Source of the DNA: a virus
IMG/VR virus record: IMGVR_UViG_3300032516_000007
Span: 32,001-96,000 of that record
DNA length: 64,000 nucleotides
Direction: 5' to 3' (one strand)
Part shown: positions 53,226 through 62,276 of the stretch, piece after piece
Numbering within the stretch: position 1 is the stretch's first letter
How the letters are laid out: each line of letters begins with the position of its first letter
Position numbers and translations under genes: made by a program
The notes under the pieces: model-generated
Databases searched by the model: none
Told to the model about the DNA's origin: nothing
What the model saw: the letters and a program-made list of their open reading frames with translations, nothing else

Positions 53226-53245
53226 TTCTAGAACTGACATATAAT
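53226..53245 (+). promoter_or_regulatory. TTCTAGAA-N6-TATAAT promoter
   Basis: Perfect -10 at 53240-53245; intergenic. Confidence 0.65.
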
Positions 53246-53265
53246 ACGGGGCTTAGAAGCCAGCC

Positions 53266-54102
53266 ATGACCAAGACCAGGGACGAAGGAACTCAGCTTTT
53301 CAGTGCTCCCCGTGGGAGGAACGTGGGGCTGGGTATTGACTTCTCTCCCGGATTTGGGGCTCACGAAGGATTGATCAACAATCGTGGAGAGGATGTGATC
53401 CACGATGTTGGTATGCGCTGCCCATGTAGTGCTGAGGATGTCCACGCTGGTCAGATTGAACAGAACCAGGTCCCTCGTCGGCGAAGTATGATTGGCTGTT
53501 CTCTATGTCGAGGTGAGGGTTACATTTTTCGTCGTCCTCAGAAGATCTGCGCCCTGATCACCGGCATTTCAGAATCTAAGACCAGGATCGAGGGAGGATG
53601 GGCTCAGCCTGGCGATTGCATGATGTCCCCTCATGCTGGTTACATGATAGCTTCTCACGACATGATCACTTTCCTTTGGCCTCAGCCAGTAGGGGATGGG
53701 CAAGTGATCGTGAGGGGTGCAGGAACCGCTAGCGACAACAGCCAGAGGGAAACATTCCTTCAAACTAATGAAGATCGACTTTGGTACAGCGCAACTGAGG
53801 GGATCTGGTGTGAGGGAGATGACGGTGTGCGTTACTATCCAGAGGGAGATTTCCTTTTGGATGGAAGCAAGATCATAAAGTGGGTGGGGAATCAACCACA
53901 GGTGGGTCAGTCATATGTTCTCAAATATGCTGCCTACCTGGAGTGGATTGTTTTTGATCCTCCGGCTACACGAAGAGATCGTAATCGTGATCTTGGTTCT
54001 AGAGTCGCTCTGCGAAAGAGGCATGTGGCGTTGGTCAACAATGACCCAAGGCCCAGAGTGGGGGACAACATTCCCTTCTGTGCCAGAATTCAGAACTGCT
54101 GA
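53266..54102 (+). CDS. Neck/head-closure protein
   Basis: RCPC...CSLCRGEGY motif typical of Herelleviridae-like neck genes; position. Confidence 0.65.
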   Translation: MTKTRDEGTQLFSAPRGRNVGLGIDFSPGFGAHEGLINNRGEDVIHDVGMRCPCSAEDVHAGQIEQNQVPRRRSMIGCSLCRGEGYIFRRPQKICALITGISESKTRIEGGWAQPGDCMMSPHAGYMIASHDMITFLWPQPVGDGQVIVRGAGTASDNSQRETFLQTNEDRLWYSATEGIWCEGDDGVRYYPEGDFLLDGSKIIKWVGNQPQVGQSYVLKYAAYLEWIVFDPPATRRDRNRDLGSRVALRKRHVALVNNDPRPRVGDNIPFCARIQNC

Positions 54103-54686
54103 TGGTTCGAATTGACGTGACAGTTAACATGGCTGCGGTGACCAACCTGGAGGAGAAGATCTCCAAGGCAATGGAACGTGGTCTGCGTGATCTCACCGTT
54201 GGAGCCCACCGTGTGTGGATGAGAGCTGCGGGTGGTCATCTTCACAAGACGAAGCGAAACTACATGATGGCTTTGAGTCATCACAAGGTGGATGCTCACT
54301 CCACAGAGATTGTTCTTCATCATCCGGACAATAAAGTCAATTGGTTGGTAACTGCTCTTGAGGTTGGGTATGGAGCAATTGATGTGAAGAAAGCTTTGCT
54401 GGCTTCTTCAGCAGCAAAGAGTTGGTCTCAGTACAGTAGCAAACCTGGTCAGAAAAAGATCGGGGCTCCTTTTCTGGATGTTCCCTTCAAGAAGGGTCAG
54501 TCCAATAATCCTACTCATTTCAGAAGAGTGAATCCCGCATCAACAGGGTGGCAGCATCCTGGATTCCTTCCTGTAGGAAAAGGAGGAAAGGGAACTCCAT
54601 ATCGGGAAGAGGCCAAGAAATATCTTCATGAGGAGGGTCCCAGGGTTTTGAAAGCGATCTTTGATGCAATTGGGAAAAGTAAATGA
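54102..54686 (+). CDS. Putative tail-completion/neck protein
   Basis: FRRV...GWQHPG motif; position. Confidence 0.6.
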   Translation: MVRIDVTVNMAAVTNLEEKISKAMERGLRDLTVGAHRVWMRAAGGHLHKTKRNYMMALSHHKVDAHSTEIVLHHPDNKVNWLVTALEVGYGAIDVKKALLASSAAKSWSQYSSKPGQKKIGAPFLDVPFKKGQSNNPTHFRRVNPASTGWQHPGFLPVGKGGKGTPYREEAKKYLHEEGPRVLKAIFDAIGKSK

Positions 54687-55741
54687 GTATCGTTCCCGAA
54701 TACATCATTCAGCAGGTACTTGTGAAAGGTTTCCGCGCCATTCGCGATGATGGTCGTATTGTGGATATGCTCTTTCGTAATCTTCGTCAAGATGATCTTG
54801 ACAAGTTGCGTACCTTTTTTCAAGAGTCCACTATCGATATCAACTTGAACTATCCTGATCAAGATCTTCATCTTCCAGCAATAGTGATCCTGCTGAAATC
54901 CGAAGCTGAGAGCCAAGCCTTTGTTGGCAATTTGATGGAAGGCCCCCAGATGGTGCGTTCACTGGGGCATCCTTTCCCTAAGGATGAATTGCGAGGGGAT
55001 GCCACGGTTCTGGGAGCTGGTTCTGTGTCAACCACGGGTGGGGGCTACAGGACCTATCTTTCTCCCACCAAAGCCACAAAGGGAGAAGATGCAGCGGTTC
55101 ACATCGCTGAGGGTTTGATCAAAGTGGTAGATCCTTTCGAGGAGGATGTGTTTGTTGTCATCCTTGAGGGAACAGGAGCTGGGCAGACTCGTCAGATCAT
55201 CATGATTGATCCTGTGGGAAGTGGGTTTGATTCTAAGATCACTGTCACTCCTTCTTGGGCTACGAATCCGGATAACACCTCTGTGATTGAAGTTCGAACA
55301 GCTCCAGATCAGTCTGGAGTAACAGGAGAACCATCCAAGCTGTTCACGTCTCAGGATATCATTGAGCGGAGGGGTGTTATCTATCAGACTACCTACGATC
55401 TTTTGATTGTGGGCTCAAACCCAGAAACAACAGTCTTTCTTTACAGTGTAGTGAAGGCTCTTATCTTCCTTAACGAACATTTCTTGATCAAACAAGGATT
55501 CATGAATCTGGCCATGTCAGGAACGGACTTCTCTCCACGCACGGAGTTCTACCCTGATTTGGCATATCAACGGGCTTTGTCTTTAACGTTTAGCTACTCT
55601 TTCGATATTTACCAGAAGGCGTCGGAGGCATCCCTCATTGATAAGATCACAGTGGGGTTGGCAGTTCATGATCCTGATGTTGATGACTCGGAAGATCCAG
55701 GTCGCACAGTGATCGAAACCACTTTGGACCTGACACCATAG
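54683..55741 (+). CDS. Putative tail terminator protein with inserted beta domain
   Basis: Position before the sheath; LPAIVILL..E.E; insert ILEGTGAGQTRQI...WATNPDNTS. Confidence 0.6.
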   Translation: MSIVPEYIIQQVLVKGFRAIRDDGRIVDMLFRNLRQDDLDKLRTFFQESTIDINLNYPDQDLHLPAIVILLKSEAESQAFVGNLMEGPQMVRSLGHPFPKDELRGDATVLGAGSVSTTGGGYRTYLSPTKATKGEDAAVHIAEGLIKVVDPFEEDVFVVILEGTGAGQTRQIIMIDPVGSGFDSKITVTPSWATNPDNTSVIEVRTAPDQSGVTGEPSKLFTSQDIIERRGVIYQTTYDLLIVGSNPETTVFLYSVVKALIFLNEHFLIKQGFMNLAMSGTDFSPRTEFYPDLAYQRALSLTFSYSFDIYQKASEASLIDKITVGLAVHDPDVDDSEDPGRTVIETTLDLTP

Positions 55742-55751
55742 GAGAACTGCA

Positions 55752-55988
55752 ATGGCAAAGACACCAAGTAAAGATTTGACCAATGCTGGTCCTCCCGTGG
55801 CCAGCGTCGAGGAGAAGGTTGAGGCAGTGGCTGAGCCTGTTCTGGAGACAGAGCAGCCAGTGTCATTCAGTCGGTGGTTCGCAGCTAAGGGTTTTCGGGC
55901 TCACTGGAAGGATGGAATGGCAGCGTTCACCAACACCACCATCAAACGAACCATGTCCGATTGGGACAGGACGTTCAAAAGCTACTAA
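55752..55988 (+). CDS. Small hypothetical protein
   Basis: AGGAG RBS. Confidence 0.6.
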   Translation: MAKTPSKDLTNAGPPVASVEEKVEAVAEPVLETEQPVSFSRWFAAKGFRAHWKDGMAAFTNTTIKRTMSDWDRTFKSY

Positions 55989-56000
55989 GGAGAGGACACC

Positions 56001-58571
56001 ATGGCAAGGTCCGTCACATTCAATGGAATGACCCAGTTTCGGCCAGGTGGACTCACCAAGGTCGATGCGAGTGCTCTTGCTCAGATCAGTTTGGCGACCA
56101 ATGGCATCATCGGTCTGATCGGTGAGGCTGATGGTGGGGAACCGGGGGTGGTGGTCACCCTTGATGATCCTGCTTTGGCTAAGTCGGCTTTCCGCAGTGG
56201 CCCCTTGGCAGATGCCATTCGGGTGGTGTTCGATCCCTCAAATGATCCTCGAGTTCCCGGAGGGGCTTTTCGATGCCTCTGTGTGAAGGCCAATCAGGGA
56301 ACTCAGGCATCCCTGGTTCAGTACAACAAGATCGGAGCAGATACGGCTGCGGCTGGTTCTACAACCACGCTCATCAACCTGACCACAGGTGCATTGGTTG
56401 CCAGTGAGATGATCGGAAACATCCTTCGGATTGGTGCGGAGGATAGACCCATCACTGCCAACGCAGTGGCTACGATCACGGTGTCTCCTGCGTTCTCAGC
56501 AGCTCCTCTGACAGGAACTGCATTGACCATCTTGGCTCCTGTGGCGACGGTCAAGTCTAGAGACTACGGACTGCACACGAATCAGATTCAACATGAGTAC
56601 GAGCCTGGCGCGTCTTCGGGTCAGGCGTGGACTACCATGTTTGACAAGGTGGCTCAGATTGGGGAGGACATCGGTGGGAAGTCCTATCTCCAACTGGAGT
56701 ACATTGGTCAGTCTGCTCGCGTGGTGACTGCTTCTGGAACTGCCTCAGGTGGTTCTGGAACCACCATTGTGGATGCCACAGCCACTTTCACAGGGATGAT
56801 CAATTTCTTTGTGGAGATCACTTTGGCTGGTGTGATCAACCTTAGGAAGATCTCACTTACCACTCCAGCTACGACTCTGACTGTTTTGGCAATGAGTGGT
56901 ACTCCTGTGGCAGAAGCGTACAGCGTCAGGAAGGGCCAAGTCCGAAACGGAACTGCCACGGCTGGTGGTGCTTCTACGATCACTTTGGAAGTTGCTCTCA
57001 ACCTGGCTCTCAATGACATGGCTGGGCTGATTGTGGTCATCACTGGTGGTACTGGTTCTGGTCAACGACGGTCCATCACTTCCAATACGGCTGGTGTGAG
57101 TTCAGTTCTCACGGTAGATCAGCCTTGGACTACCACTCCTGATCTCACCTCCACCTATGAGATTCGCTATGCAACAGCGGCTAAGGCGACTCTTGCAGGA
57201 TCACTAGGGAAGGCAACATCTCTCAAGACCTACGTGGCAGTTAACGGTGCCGTGTCAGGTCTTGACAAGACCTTCACGTTTGCCACCAACCAGACATTGG
57301 AAGAGCTAGTCGCAGCTATCAACGCCAACGTGGACTACAAGGCAACTGTCCCTGGTGGGATCAATGGCAATACCTTCTTGGTGAAGGATTTTGACTTTGA
57401 TCTTGGGGATGTGGATGTGGACATTCGCAGCGACAAGGATGCAGTGGCCACTCCTCCTACTCCCACTGCCAATGTCCCTGTTCCATGGGCCAACAATTTC
57501 CGTGCTGATCTGTGGGTGATGATCCGGGACATCAACGAGAGGAATCAGAATGTCATTGCCACTCGTGCCTCTGGAATCAGCAAGGGAGCTGGCCAGGGTC
57601 GTCCCGAGTTCACTGGTGGCAGCATCGGAAACCCAGGGGACACCTTCAAGTACCTCACAGGTGGAACGAGGGGGACCAGTGCCAACTCCAATTGGCAGGA
57701 TGCCTTTGATCTGTTGCTCAAGCAACGATGCAACTTCGTGATTCCCCTCATCGTCCGTGATCTTGTTGAGGAGGACCTTGGATCAACGGCTACCTGGTCC
57801 TCAGTGTCTGCCCAGCTTTCAGCACACGTCAAGGCTGCCAACGGGATCGAGAAGACAGAGCGTGGTGGTGTCATTGGGTATCGTGGCACCAAGACCAATC
57901 TGATCTTGAAAGCCAATGCCCTCAACAACACGGACATCCAGATCGTCTCTCAGAAGCCCATGTGTCTGGATGTGGGGGGCACCCTGAAGGTGATGGATGA
58001 GTGGGCCATGGCAGCTCTGGCCGTGGGCATGCGAGCTGGAATGCCTGAGGTGGGTGAGCCTCTGACCCACAAGTACCCCAAGACCACAGAGATTGCCCAG
58101 GACAGCAGTTGGGACCCCTCGGAGAGGACGGATGCCAACCAGTTCATCCAGGCTGGTATCCTCTTCGCGGAGACGATCAAGGGCAAGGGCATTCGCTGGG
58201 TGCGGGACATCACCACGCATGTTCAGGATGACAACCTTGCCTACATGGAGGGAAGCGTTCGTGATGTGGTTCGCTTCGTGTCCTATGGTCTTCGCACTCT
58301 ACTGGAAGATCGATTCACGGGCGTCAAGGCCACCCCCACCAATGCCACAGGCATCAAGGACACAGCTTCGGAATACCTGGAGCTGGCTCGGTCCCAAAAC
58401 CTCATCGTGGACAGCACTGACGAGAGAGGTGCTGTCATCAAGGCATTCCACAATCTGCGGGTGAAGATCAGCGGAGACGTTGCAACCATCCGAGTAGAGA
58501 TCTTCCCTGTGGTTGGGATCAATTTCCAACTCAATGAAATATTCTTGCAGCTACCAACACAGGCTGCATAA
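56001..58571 (+). CDS. Tail sheath protein
   Basis: N-terminal RPG...IIGLIGEADGGEP..FRSGPLADA; C-terminal GEPLTHK, RWVRDITT and FPVVGINF. Confidence 0.92.
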   Translation: MARSVTFNGMTQFRPGGLTKVDASALAQISLATNGIIGLIGEADGGEPGVVVTLDDPALAKSAFRSGPLADAIRVVFDPSNDPRVPGGAFRCLCVKANQGTQASLVQYNKIGADTAAAGSTTTLINLTTGALVASEMIGNILRIGAEDRPITANAVATITVSPAFSAAPLTGTALTILAPVATVKSRDYGLHTNQIQHEYEPGASSGQAWTTMFDKVAQIGEDIGGKSYLQLEYIGQSARVVTASGTASGGSGTTIVDATATFTGMINFFVEITLAGVINLRKISLTTPATTLTVLAMSGTPVAEAYSVRKGQVRNGTATAGGASTITLEVALNLALNDMAGLIVVITGGTGSGQRRSITSNTAGVSSVLTVDQPWTTTPDLTSTYEIRYATAAKATLAGSLGKATSLKTYVAVNGAVSGLDKTFTFATNQTLEELVAAINANVDYKATVPGGINGNTFLVKDFDFDLGDVDVDIRSDKDAVATPPTPTANVPVPWANNFRADLWVMIRDINERNQNVIATRASGISKGAGQGRPEFTGGSIGNPGDTFKYLTGGTRGTSANSNWQDAFDLLLKQRCNFVIPLIVRDLVEEDLGSTATWSSVSAQLSAHVKAANGIEKTERGGVIGYRGTKTNLILKANALNNTDIQIVSQKPMCLDVGGTLKVMDEWAMAALAVGMRAGMPEVGEPLTHKYPKTTEIAQDSSWDPSERTDANQFIQAGILFAETIKGKGIRWVRDITTHVQDDNLAYMEGSVRDVVRFVSYGLRTLLEDRFTGVKATPTNATGIKDTASEYLELARSQNLIVDSTDERGAVIKAFHNLRVKISGDVATIRVEIFPVVGINFQLNEIFLQLPTQAA

Positions 58572-58629
58572 GAAATTAGCTACCGACGCAGGCAGCGTAG
58601 TTAGCTAGAAACCAAAAGGAGAAGAAGTC

Positions 58630-59700
58630 ATGGCAATCGCGATTCCGGCTCTGATCGATACTCAACTGACTGCGTTTCGAACCTCGATGCAACCAAAGCA
58701 GGATTCTGTCACGAAGACTGAATCCTTCGTGGTGGCCCCAGGAGTGCTTGGCAACCGAGCTGCTGATCTTCTGGACATCCTCGCGAATCTGGTTGATGTC
58801 ACGGGTCTGGTGACGACTGGCACCCATGTGGCTGCTGATGCAGCCAATGGTGTGTCATCGCCAACCGCAACCAACCAGGCCACCGCAGACACGATGGCTG
58901 ATGAGATGAAGGGTGACTACAATGCCCACCGTGTTGTGACCCCTGCGGTCCATGGGGCAGCGGACGCCACCAATGTGGTGACAGCTCTGGGCAGTGATGG
59001 GAGCGAGGCCAGGCTGGTTCTGCTGGCCAACGACATTCGAGTCCAGGTGCTTGCTCACATGGCTCGTGTGACCACTGCTACGCATGGTGTGGCTGATCCA
59101 AATGTGGTCACGGTGGCAGCCTGTACCAACACTGCGACGGCAGTCACTCTCATGAATCACCTGAAGCTGATCTACAATGCTCACATCGCGAACATCAACG
59201 GTGTGAGTGCCACTGGCGTTGCTGATCTTGGTGCCTACACGGGGGTGAATGCTCTCGTGGGAGCCAAGGTGACGTTCACGGGGAACATCACGACAGCTTT
59301 GACTGGGAAGTACGCCTTTGTGATCTCCAACACGACGGGCGTTCTTTACTTCGCTCCTGGATCACTTCCCGCCTCGCCCAGAACTGGTGACACCTATTCG
59401 GTGGAGTTCGCAGCCATCGATAAGGATCTGGCGGCACTGAGGGGTGGCAAGGGTCTTGGGGACAGCGCATCGAATCCCTACGGTCCTGGTCCCTCGCTCA
59501 TCAACGCTCTGATGGTCATGATCGCCCAGCTTGGGGGAGCGGTTCCCTCCTACCTGACTGCCGTGGCAGCTCAGCCGTTCGGGATTGGGAGTCCCCATGC
59601 AGCCAACCCGTCGGGTCGTGGGTCAGCAGCCATGATCCTCATGGCTGAGGCCATGCTGGCGGCTAGAGACACGGTGGCTGCCTACACCAAGCCTGCGTAG
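58630..59700 (+). CDS. Virion protein sharing His-repeats with 43078-45093
   Basis: MKGDYNAHRV...VHGAADATN, LANDIR...AH...THGVAD, LKLIYNAH. Confidence 0.7.
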   Translation: MAIAIPALIDTQLTAFRTSMQPKQDSVTKTESFVVAPGVLGNRAADLLDILANLVDVTGLVTTGTHVAADAANGVSSPTATNQATADTMADEMKGDYNAHRVVTPAVHGAADATNVVTALGSDGSEARLVLLANDIRVQVLAHMARVTTATHGVADPNVVTVAACTNTATAVTLMNHLKLIYNAHIANINGVSATGVADLGAYTGVNALVGAKVTFTGNITTALTGKYAFVISNTTGVLYFAPGSLPASPRTGDTYSVEFAAIDKDLAALRGGKGLGDSASNPYGPGPSLINALMVMIAQLGGAVPSYLTAVAAQPFGIGSPHAANPSGRGSAAMILMAEAMLAARDTVAAYTKPA

Positions 59701-59740
59701 TTCCTGATAAACTTCAAGCTGATACTCTTTGTTCGCCAGC

Positions 59741-59770
59741 TTGACAGTGGTTCTAGAACTAACGTAGACT
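59741..59770 (+). promoter_or_regulatory. Promoter of the tail tube operon
   Basis: TTGACA-N18-TAGACT with TTCTAGAA at 59751-59758. Confidence 0.7.
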
Positions 59771-59803
59771 CGATCTACCTGTTGTCCACCAGGCCACAGG
59801 CTT

Positions 59804-59836
59804 GGCCCCCCAGCGGTCCTCGACTTCTGGGGGGCC
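59804..59836 (+). other. GC-rich hairpin in the tail tube leader
   Basis: GGCCCCCCAG...CTGGGGGGCC, 10-bp perfect stem. Confidence 0.7.
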
Positions 59837-59945
59837 ATCTTTCCAGAAACGTGCTCTGGTTCTGACCAGACCTCACGGTCAACCTTCGGCACGTTCGAAG
59901 TTCACAGATCGAAATCAACAACAACTTTGAATAGGAGCTACGTTC

Positions 59946-61416
59946 ATGCCGATCATCGCACCAGATCAATCCAACGTGAAGGGTCCCGGTCAGGTCTTCA
60001 CAGGTCCACGAGCCCTCTTCAAGATCGGAAAAGATCCCGTGGGCTACGCTGGCAATGTCTCTGGTGAGGAAACCATCAAGTAAGGTGGCCCAGGAGAGAG
60101 ATCTCTTGAGGAGAACCGCGTGAATTGCTGGAACCCTACAGTGTGTGGCAACACCATGGGAATCAGCAGCCAAGCTCCTGGGGAAACCTGGGAGAAGGTT
60201 CAACGACTACCCGATGGGGAAGTCTTAGTAGAGGGCTCTATGAGTCCATCGAAGCTGTACGAAAAGTTGACGCGACATGAGCTTCGCTCAGCAGTGATCG
60301 GAATGACCTTGGGTGATTTCAATCTTCAACTCCATGGTGTGAATGTGAGAGCACAAACCTCACATTCGCCCAACGTGCGTGATTATGTGGAGCTGAAAGG
60401 AACCATCCTGAGGCAGATTCCGGGTCTTGGATACTCTTTCAAGGATGTGGTTCAGGTGAATCGCAAGCTTGGCAAGAGTTATCCTCAGATCAAGATCTGG
60501 ACCACCACTCATCCATTTCTAACCAAGATCAGAGAGAGGATGTACAGACCTGAGAAGCAGCTCAATAAAGGGCTTCTGGAAAGTCTTACTCCTCTTGGTC
60601 TGGCCTTGTGGTTCATGGATGATGGTCACTTGTCCCTTCATCATAATGTGAAGAGATACAGTACCGACACAGATCGATCACCTTCCGAGAGAAGCATCAG
60701 TTCGAGACCATTGATCATGAATACTCATTCATTCTCAGAGGAAGAGAATGAAGTGATCTGTTCATGGTTGATGTCTAGATGGGGTATCGAAAGCCAAGTG
60801 AAGTGGTCTAAAGGATTCTTCGTGTATATGAACACGGAGAATGCACGCAGGTTCGTGGACATTGTTCGTCCTTACGTTCTTGCTGTGCCTTCGATGCACT
60901 ACAAGATCAACTTTAAGTACAAGAATGCTTCCCCAGAACTCCTTCGGTTCAATATTGAATACTGGACCATGGAGGAAGGGCACGAGCGCGCGGCATCCTG
61001 TGTGCGACAGGATGGTGATATAGTCTGAGCCTCTGGGAAACCAGAGGAAGTGGAGTCTAAACAACTCCACGGTAACAAGCTGCGATTACGAGCCAGTTGA
61101 CTGCCTTGATCTTCTGGAAGTGAAGGAGCATGTGCCAGTGGCATATCGCTGCTCCCTCAATGCCACGGTGTTTCGGATCATTGGGCAGTCGCTCAAGAAG
61201 GTGGGAATCTTCCCCACGATCCAAAGCATCATCACCGCTGAGTCACTGACAGCTTCCATCGAAGATGCCAAGCCCGTTGAGGGTGGACGTAGGACCATGG
61301 CGTTCTTCCAGGGCGTGCGGGCCAGTGGCCATTCTTGGGATGTCACATCTCGAGGACTGACTGCTGACAACGTGACCTTTGTCGCGATCAGAGTCGAGGA
61401 TGAGTCAGAACGGTAA
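59946..61416 (+). CDS. Tail tube protein, spliced: join(59946..60076,61083..61416), 154 aa
   Basis: Spliced reading ...GYAGNVSGEETI|DYEPVDCLDLLEVKEHVPVAYRC...; located after the sheath and before the chaperones. Confidence 0.85.
60077..61082 (+). ncRNA. Group I self-splicing intron (1006 nt)
   Basis: P AATTGCTGGAA, Q AATCAGCAG, R GTTCAACGACTA, S GATATAGTC. P1: exon CCAU pairs with GUGG, with U-G at the 5' splice site. Terminal G at 61082. Removal restores the frame. Confidence 0.92.
60240..61028 (+). mobile_element. Intron-encoded LAGLIDADG homing endonuclease
   Basis: VIGMTLGDFNL and LTPLGLALWFMDDG motifs; lies between R and S, and its stop overlaps S. Confidence 0.9.
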
Positions 61417-61471
61417 CCCAGTGAAATCATTGGGTTAAGTAGAGGTCTGGTGGAAAACAGGAGAAGATCAG

Positions 61472-61963
61472 ATGGATCAAGGAATGATGACCGCAGTACC
61501 CATGCCTCGGATTTTGGATTTCTTCATCAAGCACACGACCCATGATGGGAGAGTGCTCGAGGGAACCTTCACCACCAAGAAGCTCAGCATCAAAGGCATG
61601 GCTGGGATTCAGGTTCGCAAGGTTCAGCTCAACGGAGGCTACTACTTCGATGAGAAGAAGCCTGGGATGGGGATTGATGAGGAGACGGACTGGACCAACT
61701 ACATGATTGCTCATCTTGAGCAATCATTGATCAGAAAGCCCACGTGGTGGAACCTGGATGAGCTTGATGACCTTGATCTCATCCTATCTGTGTTCAAGAA
61801 GGTCGCTACGTTCGAGAACTCATTTGCCTCCCCTCTCCGAGGAGCCGCTGTCATTGTTCAAGGCAGCCCGGTTGATAGCGGCGGCTCGAGTGAAGGATCC
61901 GGGGCTGCTGGACGTGTTGCGGCGGTGGGTGGAGGACAAGTTCAAGCTTCCCTGGACCCATGA
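61472..61963 (+). CDS. Tail assembly chaperone
   Basis: Between tube and tape measure; EGTFTTKKLSI...KPTWWNLDELDDLDLI. Confidence 0.75.
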   Translation: MDQGMMTAVPMPRILDFFIKHTTHDGRVLEGTFTTKKLSIKGMAGIQVRKVQLNGGYYFDEKKPGMGIDEETDWTNYMIAHLEQSLIRKPTWWNLDELDDLDLILSVFKKVATFENSFASPLRGAAVIVQGSPVDSGGSSEGSGAAGRVAAVGGGQVQASLDP

Positions 61964-62261
61964 GGCTATCCAAAGTCAGACGCTTCTAGAACTACTGACT
62001 TCGTACTGGGAGGATTACTACGAGGAACACAGGCTCGAAGCCAGTCGAGATGAGAAGGGTGAGGTCACTTTTGGTACTGGTGATCCTTACATCGATAAGT
62101 GGGAACAAGAGATAGCTATGGGTCTCGAACCTGATCTTCTGGAGGACTTGCCATCCTGGCATCGCGATAAAGCAAACCCCAAAGAAGAGAAATCAGAAGA
62201 TCAGAGTGATGTCTCCAAGGATGGCTTCAAGGACGACTACAGCCGGTTGGCCTCTGGTTGA
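61854..62261 (+). CDS. Second tail chaperone segment (own TTG start or frameshift extension)
   Basis: LRRWVEDKFKLP...TGDPYIDKWE; overlaps the upstream ORF in the +1 frame. Confidence 0.65.
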   Translation: MFKAARLIAAARVKDPGLLDVLRRWVEDKFKLPWTHEAIQSQTLLELLTSYWEDYYEEHRLEASRDEKGEVTFGTGDPYIDKWEQEIAMGLEPDLLEDLPSWHRDKANPKEEKSEDQSDVSKDGFKDDYSRLASG

Positions 62262-62276
62262 CGGAGCGTAGCCCTA

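Noticed and set aside
60120-60239. N-terminal extension of the homing endonuclease in the ORF track
   Set aside because: This stretch is the intron catalytic core (P, Q, R elements); ATG 60240 is the plausible start
61120-61416. Independent 98-aa gene
   Set aside because: It is part of exon 2 of the tail tube gene
2680-61991. TTCTAGAA as a eukaryotic heat-shock element or XbaI cloning scars
   Set aside because: The context is a bacteriophage with bacterial promoters, and several sites lie in-frame inside intact genes
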